The notes beneath the pieces are model-generated. The model worked only from the letters and a program-made list of their open reading frames with translations. It made no database searches and was not told the origin of the DNA. A DNA stretch of 64,000 bases from Sarea resinae (taxonomy: Eukaryota). Position numbers and translations under genes: made by a program. The DNA lies in contig JAPEUD010000086.1 of the NCBI GenBank assembly GCA_026026165.1, positions 1 through 64,000 on the forward strand, read 5' to 3'. Positions 37,564 to 50,710 of this stretch are shown piece after piece. How positions within the stretch are numbered: position 1 is the stretch's first letter; each line of letters opens with the position of its first letter.

Positions 37564-38673
37564 ATGGCGCCGAAAAACAAGAGAGACAGGTCCAAGGCCA
37601 CCACCAATGGGCCGCCAACCAAGAGAGACAGGTCCACGGCCATCACCAATGCCCCACCCACCAAGAGAGCATCGACCGACGCAGAAAAGAACTCGAAACC
37701 GAAACGAAAGAAGCGTTCCCGAGATGACATCGACGACGACGACGACGACACCCCCAAGGCCTTCAAACGCCTGATGCAGTTCCACGCCACGGGCCGAAAC
37801 CCCAGCGGCCTCGACGACGGCGTGCGCCCGCCCAAGAACGCCGCCAAAAAGCGAAAACGCGAGGATACCGCTGCCAGCACCACCACCACCACCGCCCCCA
37901 AAGCCAACACCTCCGCTTCAACTCCCCATCCCCCTCCAGCAATACCGACCGCCAAGACCATCCCCACCATCCGGCCCGGCGAGAAAATGTCCGAGTTCTC
38001 CGCGCGCGTCGACGCCGCCCTGCCGGTATCCGGCCTCACCAGCAACCGCAAAGACCCGCTGGGACTAAAGCAGCGGCAGACGAAGACGGAGAAGCGCATG
38101 CAGAAGATGTACGCCGAGTGGCGCGAAGAAGAGGCGCGCCTGCAGGACCGGCGCGACGAAGCGCGCGAGCAGGAAGAGGAGCGCCAGGAAGAACTCGGCC
38201 TGCTGCCGTCCCAGCAGCAGCACCAGAAAGACATCCTCGACGCCTTTGCTGCCTCGGCCGCTCTGTCGTCGTCGTCGTCGAAAAGCAAGAAGAAGAACAA
38301 GAAGGGCAAGAAAGCCAAACGGGCCCGGCTGATCGGCGAGACAACAGGCGCCCTAGACGGCTCCGACGACGATGACGATGACCCCTGGGCCAAGCTCGCC
38401 CGGCGCGACACCACGCGCCCCACGTCGCTGCACGACGTCGTGCAGGCGCCGCCGCAGTTCAGCGCCGTGCCCCGGGAGAAATTCAAGGTGCGCGGCGTCG
38501 GCGGCGCCAAGGTCGACGTGGCTGATGTGCCGCATGCGGCGGGCAGTCTGCGGCGGCGCGAAGAACTGGGCCAGGCGCGCCGGGCCGTGGTGGAGGGCTA
38601 TCGGCGGTTGATGGAAGGTAGGAGGGCGGGTGTCGGCGGTGGTGGCGGGCGTGGTGGTGAGATGGAGGAGTGA
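37564..38673 (+). CDS. Conserved basic fungal protein (UPF0653/CCDC137-like, probably nucleolar)
   Basis: DDDTPKAFKRLM, PGEKMSEFSARVDAALP, LHDVVQAPP, SLRRREELGQARRAVVEGYRRLM. Lys-rich NLS-like runs and strong codon bias. Family name is from recall. Confidence 0.8.
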   Translation: MAPKNKRDRSKATTNGPPTKRDRSTAITNAPPTKRASTDAEKNSKPKRKKRSRDDIDDDDDDTPKAFKRLMQFHATGRNPSGLDDGVRPPKNAAKKRKREDTAASTTTTTAPKANTSASTPHPPPAIPTAKTIPTIRPGEKMSEFSARVDAALPVSGLTSNRKDPLGLKQRQTKTEKRMQKMYAEWREEEARLQDRRDEAREQEEERQEELGLLPSQQQHQKDILDAFAASAALSSSSSKSKKKNKKGKKAKRARLIGETTGALDGSDDDDDDPWAKLARRDTTRPTSLHDVVQAPPQFSAVPREKFKVRGVGGAKVDVADVPHAAGSLRRREELGQARRAVVEGYRRLMEGRRAGVGGGGGRGGEMEE

Positions 38674-38889
38674 GTCGGGAGTCAGGGAGGGAGGGAGGCT
38701 GAGATGGCCACGGCCAAGAAGAGAGGGTATTCATATAAACGAAGAGAGAGGGGGGCACGTGTAAATAGAGACGGACAGAATATTCGAATAGAGACATCAA
38801 CCGAAAAGAGAGACGATTTAGATAAGAGGAAGAGAGAGAGAGAGAAGAGAAGACAGAATCCATCGAATTCTTGTCTTGTCCTACTTGTC

Positions 38890-39212
38890 CTATTTGATTT
38901 GATTTGATTTAATTTCGACTTGACTTGACTTGATATGATTGCTTGATAGACCTTAATGATTTGATTTGATTTGATTTGAATTAAAGCTTGGTTGCTTGAT
39001 TGACTTATCGATCGCCTGCTAGACTTGACGGTTAGCTTGATTAGTGGATCTATTAATCTATCTTCTTCTTCTTCTTCTTCTTCTTCTTCTTCTTCTTCTT
39101 CTTCTTCTTCTTCTTCTTCTTCTTCTTCTTCTTCTTCTTCTTTCTCTTCTTTCTCTTCTTCTTCTTCTTTATTATCTAGAAGTAATAGTAGTAATAGCGA
39201 TAGCAATAGCAA

Positions 39213-39293
<81 letters not shown>

Positions 39294-39312
39294 GAATAGT
39301 AGTAGTAGTAGC
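38890..39312. repeat. Compound microsatellite block: TTGA-rich repeats, (TTC)~27+, (AGT)~26+
   Basis: TTC run 39061-39169, AGT run 39181-39310, TTGAT repeats 38890-39005. Confidence 0.97.
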
Positions 39313-39455
39313 AACAATACAAGTAGCAGCTCGTCATTAACATCTGCTCCGGGCCTCGGCTGAGCTACCTTAACTGAGGAGAAGCATCATAGCATATCAT
39401 ATCATACACGGTGTCTTCTCGCCGTTGCCGCGTGAATCTCTGCTTTCCATGCGTG

Positions 39456-42400
39456 TTATGCCTCTCTTTCCGCGGGACTTTGCCCTGCATTAGACACCTC
39501 GCCTGAAACCCACGGCGTCGTCGTCGTCAACGATGAAGAAGACGCGGTTTCCTCCATATTCATATTACCACTCTCATCTTTCTCCTTTCCCTTCTCCTGC
39601 GTTCTCTTCTCCCGCTCCTTCTCCTCTCTCTTCTCCCTCTCTTCTACCATCCTCGATGCCGCCGCCTCTGAAAAAACCATCCACCACCACTCCGCAACCA
39701 CGTATCCGCCCTTCGGATCCCCCCCCCCATCACCATGACTAAAGACACCGACTCGCCTCGCCAACCCAGCACCAACAGCCCACTCCATGACCTCGCCGAC
39801 CTCCCAGACCTCAAGGCTGGGTTTCAACCCCATCGTCACCGACTCGGCCGTCGAGCCCGGTCGCAGAGCCAAGCGAGTCAGGACGGCCACGAGCACGAGA
39901 TGCCAGAGCTGCGGGATGAAGCGAGAGTGGATGTCGTAGTAGACGGGAATCTTCCGGTTCTTGCCCACTTCCGTAGAGGGTGGCGGCGGCGGCGGCAACG
40001 AAAAGACCGGCTTGCCAAACTCATACGTGGTCGAGGGGAAGATGTCGACGTGGAAGCGAAACTTCGATTTATCCATGAGGCGCGTCCGGTAGTCACCAGT
40101 ATCCGTGAGACCCGTTTTCTTCCGCGGCGGGTCGCGAGGACGGAGCTGGATGCGTTGGTTTGCCAGCAGGTTGATCGTGGCTAACGCTCCGCCGTCTTCG
40201 GCGTCATAGTCATATTCGATCGATCCCGGTCCGTCGTCGCCAAAGACTCTGTCGAGCTTGAACTTGAACGCTGCGGCCTGGTTGAAGTGCCCTTCGTCCA
40301 GCGAAGTCTTGAGAGCCTTGAGGAACTGATCTGAAACATCGTAGTTGCGGCCTGGGACCAGCCGGCCCTTGTTCTCTTCGACGAGGATCTTGTCCCGCAA
40401 GAGCGATTCGAGAGCGTCGTTGATGGCCGATTCGCCAAGAGTGAGGAGTTTGTCGCGCGCCTTGACTGGATCATAGACGGCTTGATCGGTTATGACATTT
40501 GCTCGAACCCAAGATTTGGCTAAAGCCATTGTCTCTTCACGCTCATTTCCTCCAGCAGGCTCGCTGGTCAACGGAGCAACATATGGCAGGCTTGTAATCG
40601 TTCTCACGCGCTTCGCAGTCGTTACCGTCGGGCTAAAGAATTCTTCCCTCCAATTGTTGATGGCCAACTCTTCCTTACGCAGATCAAAAAGACTGTCAAG
40701 TTGTTGGCGGTCCGCAGGAAGATTTGGGACACTACGAGCGCTGTAGAAAAGTAAGCATACATCCCATCAAAGGTGACCAATTCGACAAACCTCGGCACGT
40801 CCAAGTTACTCTGGGCCCAATCGACCAACCAGGCCCAGTCATACGACTCAAGGTTGTCATAGTCAAGTGGTGGTACAAGTCCATCTTCGTACGCTTGCGC
40901 AAAAACCTCCTGGAAATCAACCTGCATCTTCTCAATGTGAAGTCGGTGTTTCTGCATGATCCTCGGCCAACGCCTCTGGATGATTCTCTCGTCATATTCT
41001 GGCTCAAAAAGTCTACCAACAAGAACCCAATCGATGTTTCGCTCCAATCCTCCAGTGACGGTTCGAATGACAGTCACTGCTACCATGAATCGCTGTAGGG
41101 TCGCAAATGGTATGGTATTTTCCAGTCCTGGTCTGCGGTTGCGTCTGTATTTGGGCATCTCTTCGCGCGAAGTCAGTGACACATTCTAACAATGAGGGTG
41201 GAAAGCATACGAGGTAAGGGTTGAAGAGGCCCAGAAGTTGCCTTATCCAGCATTGCTGTCAGCCTCCGAACTTTGAATTGAGGCTGCGGCGTCGGCCGAG
41301 TCGAAGTCTCGGGCTTGTGTGCTCGAGGTTTTGGCGTTTTCGGCTTCGGTTGTGGCGCTCGAGGACCCGGTGGTCTCCCGGACGGTTTCTCTAGAGCTCT
41401 CCTTATCCCTGGCGGCCGGCCTGGTGGTCTACCTGTACCTGGCGGCTTCCCTCGTGGCCTTCCTGAACGTCTCCCTCTACGTGGTAGCAAGTCTTCATCC
41501 TCCGAGTCCATTGGCAGATTAGCCTGCGGCGGGTGACTGAGAGTAAACGAGTCTTCTGCGTTGAATCGTAGAGCTGGTATTGATTCAAATAGAGGAGCTT
41601 CGCCGGGAAGAGTATGATTGATAAAGCGCCAATTGGTTGATTTGCCATGGATGAGGATTGGATTTTGAATCTCCCATCGGGCAACAGATTCCACGTCTGC
41701 TCGAAATTTACTCCAGGATGGGTTATCTTGTCTTTCATGATCCCTCCTTCGTCCCTTTAAACGACGATGAGTAATATCTTCCAAGGAATTGGGCAAATTC
41801 CGTTCGTGGAAATATTGCAGATCCGCTCCACTCAGATATCGGACGTCCGGCTCTATGGCAAAATCTTTTTTAGAGATCCTTGGCATTACAAGATCTGTCG
41901 AGAACGTTCCTATATTCGGATAAAATGTTTGTTGAGGAGACGTAAGTAAAGGGAGTCGACTATTGGCCGAGACTGTGCCAAAACCTTTCAAGCCTGATAC
42001 CTGGAATATATAGTCTCCATTGGGCTGGAATGTCGTTGAAGATGATCGAGGAAGTATAAACCCCTCCTGACCCTGATCCCACTCAGATGAAGTGGATATT
42101 GTGTTTTGCCAGGACTTGTAGGGATGCCAAGGTGCCCGGCGCTGATAATATTTACGAGGCGTCGTGTTCAAATGGTATCTCGCATATGAAGGCTGCATAT
42201 TGACTGAACCACCAGAAAAAGCTTGTGGTCCAGCCTGACCCGGTCTAGGGTGACCCGTATTTGGCAAAATTAGCCTACCTTGCCGACTTCCTTGAAGGCT
42301 GAAGAGACGATCCACCCTAGGATGCCAGCTTCCTTGTGCAAACATGACCGGAGGCACGGTACTCTGCGCGTCGACAACCCTAGACAAAGCTTCAAGACGC

Positions 42401-45400
42401 GTTTGATGCGGTCCTGGGAGCGGAGTGTCGTCATCGCTTTCGTCACTTTCCATTCGCCTCTTCCGTACTTGGACACGTTGTCTAATGATGGGGAGGTGCT
42501 GAACCCTGACTTGGGAGTTTTGGCCATCGATGGGAACAGAGAACCCTGGTGGTGGTAATGGGTGAGTTCGCCGATTGTCTAGTCTCGACCGGAGATCGTG
42601 TGGTACCTCTGCTTCCGGTGGCATGTATTGCAGTGGGTCTGCATCGATGATTTTCTTTTGCATCTCCCTAACTACACTGGAAGTGGGTGAGATGTCCGAT
42701 CGTGTTAGGAGAGGCTTCGTTTTCATCACCCCTCGTTTATCCTTGAAGCTGAATTTCAACTTACGAAGCTTCCCCGAATCTACAAGACCTTTGACCGCTT
42801 TCATGGGAGTCGTACGATCAGGAGTGCTGTAGTTTGACATCTCCATCCAGGCTTGAGTGAATGGATACCACATTTCATTGTCGCCCGGAAAGACGCCTCC
42901 ACATTTATCAACAACATCCAAAACTATCTTGTTCCTCTTGTATGCAATGGTGCCGCCACCTATGAGGACTTTGGGCTTCGATGGTTCTGTAGACTTCTTT
43001 CCACGGGATGATTTCTGTATTTGGACCTCGCCTTGATCTGGCATGGTTCGCTTCTTTTTGGATTTCCTTGCGGGCGATTGCTTCGGTTGTTCTTCTCGTA
43101 CTCTTTTGGGCCGAGAAGCGTGCCGTGGCATTGATTTTCCAAAAGGTCTGTTCCAGGCGCCACGTAAGGACTGAAGAACAGACGCGGATGACTCTTGCAA
43201 CTCGAAGAGCAAGTCGCGTGGCATTTCCCACATGCCCTTCGAAGTCTCTTTCTGCTGCTTTGAACTGTCCAGTCCTTCAGGGGTGGGAAAAATAGACGCC
43301 GCTGCATCGGTTTCTGCGGGTTGGGGATAAGGGAGAGACAAAAGCGAAGGGGCTTCTAATCGGGTATCCCTAGGATGTTCTACAGCTTGGGCAGGGGTGG
43401 CCAGCAGAGTAGACGTCAGCGTCATATCCGGGCCCACAGCTGATAAACTGGGCTGATCTGGTGCAGCCACAGGCGTTGAAAACCAAGAGAATTCTGTGAG
43501 ACGCGTAGATTTGAAGACGGCCATCTTGGACTTCCTTGGTCGCCCCCGTCCCTTGTGTTCGGGCTTGCTGACGCCTGGGGGATCAATATAAACGCCCGGG
43601 GTTGGAAGCAAAGCACGCTCCTGTAATTGGTTGCCAGAGACGTCTAAGGCATTGTCGTTGCTTTCAATTGGCGGATGACTCTGCTTTCTCTTTTTCTTCG
43701 GAGGACGACCTCTCGGCTTAGAGGCGGGGCCCACAACAGCAGTTGATCCTGCCGCAGCCAATTCCTCCAGCCTTAGGCAGTTCCCACCGGCTTGCGGCTG
43801 TTCAGGAGGCTTGTTTATCGCTTGAAAACCGGCGCGCTCTGAAGAATCTGGAGGCTTTTTGTGGGGCATTTCGCCATTGATGTCAGGGTCCACCGGATTT
43901 CCTTGCATGATTGGCTGCGAGAATTTAGCATTTTCTGCTTCAGGAATGAATTCGGCCTCAGCAGCAACCGCGTTGTGCTCTGTGGTCCGGGAGCCGTAGG
44001 AGGCTGTTAAGGATTGAGCAGATGTGTCACTCTTTGCGGCTCCAGCAGCTTGTTCAGCATTGTCAGTTTTTGCGAGCAAGTTTGCATTGCTGCTCTCCGT
44101 GAACGCCCGCGCCCGGGCATTTGCAGCTTCTTTCTTCTCTTCCCTGGCCTTCTTCTTATCTTCATTGGCCTGTTTCAGTGCTGCTCTGGCCTTGGCCCGT
44201 CCTTGAACTGAGTAAGGTTCTTCTCCTTTAGCGTATTTCCTTGGTCGCCCGATCGTTCGAGGTTGATTAGGATCTTTAGGGGCCCTCGGCAATCGAGGAA
44301 CTCGAGAGGCCCCCTGAGGTCCTGAACTCCGCCGCAATTTGCCCCAATCAATGTCTAATGGAGTTAGTCAGGCATTGCAGTAAAGAATCTTTGGACTTAC
44401 CTATCCTGCCATCTTCCAGTTCTACCACCATTGGGTCATGTCGCGGCATCTGGTACGTTTCTACCTTTGCAGCCGTTATGCATTCCTGTAGAGTAGCAGA
44501 ACTGTCGTTTCCGACGAACAGACTGGGCGGATAAATTGGGAACTCATACTCGTCCAACTGTGCCGCATCAGTGACAATATCGGCGCCCTTCTTTTTCGTG
44601 CTTTTTATGTCTGAAACTCCTACTGCTTCCCAAGAAGCTGCACCAGCCTCGACCAGCCGCTTGAAATTCTCGTAGGACCGGTACTTGTAATGGGTAACGG
44701 TACTTATTAAATCAGTATCTCTAACAATAGCGAGGTGGCGTAGATGTGGTGGCTGGGATTGCTGCCAGTTGTCTGTCAGGCGCATCAAGATATTTTCTAG
44801 CGGCCTTCGGAAGAAAGCTCCCATCAAATGGCTCTTCAAGGACTTCATGACTTTAGCTCATATCAGTATTAGATATTCGCAGACTTACTACAGTGCTCAT
44901 AGCTTCCGTCCCGGTGGCGTCAATGATCGAAAAGACCAGGTTGGGAAGAGGTCTATATGGCGACCATTGAGGGAGCAGTCTGCCAACTTCCTGAAGTTCA
45001 TTGCCTGAAGTTTGAGCTTCTTGGGCACTCGAATTTACCCCCTCACCCAAATCTTCATCGTCTGTCTCGCCTTCAGCATCCTCATCACCGTCAAGAGGTA
45101 GAGCTTGGGAGAAAGAACCCGAGGCTACCCACAGGGGAGCTAGCTCTTGTTCGTCGGGATAATGTACGAGTTTGATGCACTTATGGAAGTTTTTGCGGTG
45201 AGCCGAAGTAGCCCGGACCCGGCTGACAAAGCCAAGCAATTCTAGCCGTCGAACCATCTTGACGCACAGCTTAGTGTGCCATTTAGAATCATAGATGGCC
45301 TGGAAACCTCATGTAAGCCACTGCCCCCTCAAGTTGCTTGTTTGGGGACATACCAGATTTCTCCTCAGATCCGTATAAGTAATCAGGCCATCGTTGCCCC

Positions 45401-46580
45401 TCAGCTGGCCGAAGATGCCAAAAACCAAATTCTTGACATCAAGATACTCAGTTCCTCTGAGATCTCCGACAACAGCAGTGAGGTGCGAGGTTTCTTCGTC
45501 TATTGAGCTGCCCTCGAGCTTTACGTTGCTGGGTAGGGCGGACTTGTGGCTGAATTTCCTTAGCACGCACAAGCTGGTCCGCTGGGCCCGGGTAATGATA
45601 GGAGTCTTCACGATGTAGCCTTTCCGTGCCAAAGCATCTGTCCTCTTTGGTATTGATCTCTTGTCCTGTCCTGTCAGAGCAATGAGGTCTGTATGCACGA
45701 CACCCTGCTCGCGATGGGCAGCTATGACTGAAAGTACCAGGAATTCCATGCGAGGTATCTTGTTCCAATCAATATTGTGGCCGGTAATAGCATACCACAT
45801 TCGCTCCTGGCCGACGTAGACTCTGGGTTCAAAGCGTGCAAGCTCCGGACTTAGTCCCTCAATGGGTGTCGAAGTTTTCTGAGCAAGCTCAGGGTCGACA
45901 TCTGTGGCCGAGATGGTCAAATCTACAGTCTTATGCTGCTCTTCCAAGGCCTCCGCTTGGCTGAGAGTGAGCTTCTTGCCCTCATTTTGCTTCCCAATGC
46001 GTACGTCAGGATGAGCAGTAAGCCACGCCCAGACGCGAACCTGAAACGAATGGTCGATCGTTGGCTTGTCAGTAGACTCCGCGGGATGGAGGGCCGCAAA
46101 CTTTTGACGCAAAGAGCGATTCAAGCCAGGAATCAAGTCCGGTGGGTTGCCAGCAAGCCCGGACGGGGAGTTCGAATCTGGATCTGCCAACGTCTCCGAA
46201 AATGGATCCTCGAGGTAGAAATCTTTGATGAATTTAAGCACATCGGCCACGCTTGCTCCTGTCGTGGACCAATATTAGTACAGATGATCAAAATCATCAT
46301 AAGCATCGCAGACGAGATTCGAACGTGAGAGCTGGAATAAACAACATTTGAGCACCCCTGCATATACCTTGCATATGCAATCTGACACCGAGAAGTAGAT
46401 TTGTAGTCATCAATCTGCCACTCGCGATGTGACGCAAGTAAACACGACGCCAAATGCAAAAAATCGCCATCCCGCACACTATGCACCATGACAGATCTGA
46501 CAGAGCCACCTACCTTGCTCACCACACAGCGCGATCTCTCCCAGCAGAAAGCTCATCAACTCGTTCAAGCTTCTCGCCAT
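39456..46580 (-). CDS. TFC3: TFIIIC B-block-binding subunit (Tfc3/Sfc3, tau138), multi-exon
   Basis: Exon 1 MARSLNELMSFLLGEIALCGEQG (ATG 46580), intron 46513-46259. VWAWL..HPDV, RMWYAITGH, B-block domain LTGQDKRSIPKRTDALARKGYIVK, GGVFPG, C-terminal YVVAEWWW. Several AT-hook-like GRP motifs. Confidence 0.93.
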
Positions 46581-46659
46581 TTTCGCCCCCTTCTCCTCCT
46601 GCTGAGATCCAGAAAACCGAAATTAGCTCATCGATGGTGACTGCGGGATTCGAACGTGA
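46313..46659 (-). promoter_or_regulatory. Two B-box (TFIIIC-site) motifs at the TFC3 locus: intron 1 (46313-46328) and upstream of the ATG (46644-46659)
   Basis: Both read TCACGTTCGAATC(C/T)CG on the minus strand and contain the B-box core GTTCGAATC. Neither has a tRNA T-stem. Confidence 0.7.
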
Positions 46660-47235
46660 AGCAGTTCGTGATAGCGACGGGAGGAGTGGCGATCTTTGGC
46701 GACTTATTGTGGAGAGGTACGAAGTACTGCGCAAGAGGGTGGAGGTACGAGGTGGAGGTACAAGATACGAGGTACAGAGATACTTTCATCCGTCATTCCC
46801 AAATGGGTCAAGTTTGACCCCTCTAGGGCGCCAAATGAATACGGAGTACGTACTCTCCTTAAGGTAAGGTACCTACTAGGTAAGGTAGGTAGGTAGGTAT
46901 TGATAGAGTACTGAAGTATTCGTAAGTGGGATATGGTACATCTCTATCTCTTGCATCCAAAAGCTCCATACGTTTTCATTCCTTGAGATTGAGGTCGTGT
47001 TCGAGAACATAGTCTCAAGAAGAACGCCGGATAAACAATCACAGAGGCCGCCTGCCGGCAATCACTTGATTTCAGACGCCATCCAGATGGATGAATCTGT
47101 ACATGAGTATGTAGATCATGGGAAAACTCCGTCGCCATGCCAAGAACAGGAAAGAAGACCCTCATAATAGTTCCCAAATCAAATCGAAACTTGTAACCCA
47201 AAACCTATACACTCCCGTATACCTCACTGAAATGA

Positions 47236-48907
47236 CTAGAATAGAGCTTGTAGGTCGATGGGCTTGGGAGACATAAGAAGATCCCTTTTACTGGAGGTAT
47301 TCGTAAAGTGTAAGTTCCCAAGGTCACACCAATTTTTGATAGGCTGCCAAATCAGTCAGCATCTGAATTCGGATCAAGGAGGTGAGGAAGCAATACCAAA
47401 CAGCTGAGATATTTGCACCAGGAGCAGGTTTCTCTCCATTTATAGAAGTTTTTCAAGAGCACGATGAACGCGACGAGGACTCCCACTAGAGCCGCAGCTC
47501 TGATCAACCACCACGCCCACCATAATGGCTTCCTGCCTTTGAAGAAAGAAAGTGGGCTACTGATGAATCCTTTGACCGCCTTGATAGAGTCTCGGCCGTG
47601 CGTGACAGGGACATAGGGCCCATATGGAATTACTTCTCCCACGCGTCGACGCAGAGACTCTGGTGAGTGGAGGATACAGACACCTAGGACGAGTCCCATG
47701 AGAAGTCCGCCTATGTGAGAGAAATTATCCAGCCCCGGAAGAAGTCCTAGGACTAGTGAAATGACAATATCAATGCCAATGAACATAAGGTCCTTCAAAG
47801 GTGACACGCGCGACTGCCAGCTGTATAACAGATCCAGCAGAGTAAGGGCGACAATACCAAAGAGACATCCGGAACAGCCCCTGGAGATTAGTCAGCTAAA
47901 GTCTCTGAATCTTGCTGAATTTTCAGGAACTCACGTTGATGCAATGCCAGTCGCTGCATAATTTCCCCCCAGAACAAAGCCGAAGATGCCACTGCTAAAG
48001 TAGACCAGAGCAAATCTGATAGAACCGATCGTCCTTTCCATATCTCTTCCAATCGTCAGTTGCAAGACCATATTGAATCCTATGTGTATAATTCCGGCGT
48101 GTAAAAACATTGGGATGATAAATCGATACCACTGATCTGGTTCTGGCTCCATCGATCCCTTTGAGAAACCGCAAAGTTCAGCAAGGGAACAGTGATTCGA
48201 TGCGTCGTCCGAATTAGAGCTAGTTGTGTTGGGGCACGCCCATGTGATGGAAGAATCGGTAATGCCAGCCATTTTGTGCATGCAGGGAACAAAACGGGCC
48301 CCCATATTTATCATGACATATGATGAAGGCCCGATCATTGGATTGAACTGAGGATGTATCTCGATTGGTGATTTCGTCAGAACAGCTATTTGACGTTAGA
48401 TGCATCGATGAAGAAGTCAGAGCGCACTCTTCCCTTACCATTTTTGACAATCTCCCCAATGAATACGGCAATCTGAACAACTGTAAGTACATAGCACACC
48501 CAGGTTATCTTTCCACTGAAGAATCCGCCGCGTCGGTTCCTCCCTCTGCTAGTCTTGGGCCCATCAGGATCAATAGGTAAGGGAGGTAGACGGGTGTCTG
48601 GGCTTTGTGTTTGACGAAGTGGGATATTATCCGCATACGGATCAGGATCTTGTAGATGGGCTGGTCCGGTCTTGCTGTATGATGTATCCGTATCCAGACT
48701 TTGCTGGCTTTGAAATGGCTGCGAGTATTTGGAGTAGGATTGGCTCTCGTATGCCGTTGGCTGATGGTTGACTTCCAGGCCCGACGGTGAAGGATCATAT
48801 GGCCGCTGTGGTAATGGTCGCGAAAAGTCCGATGACGGAGTCAGGTCGTAGTCATGTTGGCCGTAGTGCCTTGGAGGGGAAGGATTGTAATACTCGTTCG
48901 CGGCCAT
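47236..48907 (-). CDS. Rhomboid intramembrane serine protease; 4 exons
   Basis: FNPMIGPS, QWYRFIIPMFLHAGIIHIGFNM, catalytic G-C-S-G across an intron, DNFSHIGG, C-terminal CSWCKYLSCLP..WC. Confidence 0.93.
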
Positions 48908-50710
48908 CTCATTCGACAGCCTTCGGACAAGGAGATGCGTTTGAGAGAAAATGCTCTCGATCGAGCGGCCCAAGAGGGCTACGAAACAAAATCAGGTCGG
49001 CGAACACCAGTTATTGACTCTTGGTGAGACCTATCGAAGAGGCTCCAAGCGCTCTAAGGATTGCGATTGCCGAGAAACGGGACCAACTTCAAAAAGAGTA
49101 TCAACGAATGTTCCAAGGCAACTCGCGATGGAGGGCGACACGGCTGTATGTAGATATCGTAAAAGGGAGATGAAATGTGCTGTGAGCTGTGACCTGAGAG
49201 TTCTTTCGTTTTGAGCACAACAACGTGTACGGCTGGCGGCCTTGGGATCCAGGATCCTTAGTAGTTACGTACCTGACTAGTAAGCCGAGGGCATAGAGTA
49301 CAAGTTCCCCTTGTTCCTCCCCAGACTGCCTAAGACAAACCGTACTGCGTATGCCGTCGTGGGAAAGCCAGAGGTACGCTCGCTCACTAGAAGCATCAAA
49401 TGCAACCGAGGACAACAATGAAGCCAGAGGACCTTGCTTTTGGTCTCGGACGCTGTGTCTCCTGAGATACGGCCAGTTTTGGAGGATGCCCGGTAGCATT
49501 ACTTGTAGGAAAGGAGTCCGCAATCCGAAAATAGATACTTACGTACCTTGGGCTGTGCAACACGCGTTCCTGAGTCTACGGTAACCTTAGGTAAGTCGGT
49601 ACGAATTACGTCGTACCTCCAGGCTTGACGACGGGAACCTGGGGAAGAGGGCCGAGGGGGCCTACGACCGCTTTTGGCCGATGAATATGAACAATCTGTT
49701 CTGGAACCTGTGTTGTACCACTGTGCACACATCCATCGTCTCAATTGGCATCTTCTCAGCTGGAGATCGGTTCTTCATCGGTGCTTTATCACCATGGAGC
49801 GACTTCAATTCTCAAAATATACCTACTGGAATAGCCTTTTTGGGATTCCTGGAGCGAAAGCGGTAGAATTGTTAACCTCGAATGGACTTCGGCATTTCAT
49901 TGGAGCACTGTGGAAGGTTTGGTTGAACTCATCAACTGCTCTGGATCACTATTCGGTCAAGCCTGAGACAGCTCTGAGACAGTTCGTATGACGCCTTGTC
50001 AGAATGGATCCATCCAGGTTCAAACATTCACACGCCTGCAGCTTTGCCTTTAGAGAGCAAGTTCAAAGAAGACAACAAGGTGACGTGCTCAATCTGTGCA
50101 ATCTACCATAGAAAATTCTAGCTGTCAGAAAGTACTGTATTTCATTACGTTCATTGCCCAGAATACCATCTTATCACTCATCATAATAGTCATTCTCACA
50201 CCATCTTAACGATTCCACCATCCGCCGTGCTCTGCAGCGGCTAGAATAAGCAAACGGAAGTTCAATGTATCCAACGCTAGAGAGAAGCGAAACTCCGTTG
50301 CTCAATAATGCAGATGCTCAAGTGTGCGACGTATGGAATCAACGATGCTCCAGCCAGGTCCAAATAAAGGCCCGAACGTAGTCGCAACAAATATCGTGGT
50401 GCTGGCTTGAAGCGAAGACTCGAGCTGTGGCTGAGAGAGGACTGCCCTGGAGATCGTGGGGAAGATCTTCGCTAGACGACCATTCATACACCACACCGCG
50501 CATGGTTCCGTCGTCTTTAAACCACGCGACGAAAATCTGCAAGTTCCAACGCGTTTGACGTCCAGCGCCCTTTGGGGCAAGGGCAACCCTTCAGATTCTC
50601 CAGAACGATCATATTGTTACCAGCAGCCGTCTTGACTTTTCCAATAGAGTTTCGGATAACATTTTTCGACGCAAGTCAGACCAAAGGTCATGGTCCTTCT
50701 GACTGACCAT

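Noticed and set aside
38682..39363. Poly-L/E/S/V ORFs
   Set aside because: Translations of the TTC and AGT microsatellites.
46600..46720. tRNA gene around GTTCGAATCCC
   Set aside because: No T-stem pairing, acceptor stem or cloverleaf; treated as an isolated B-box.
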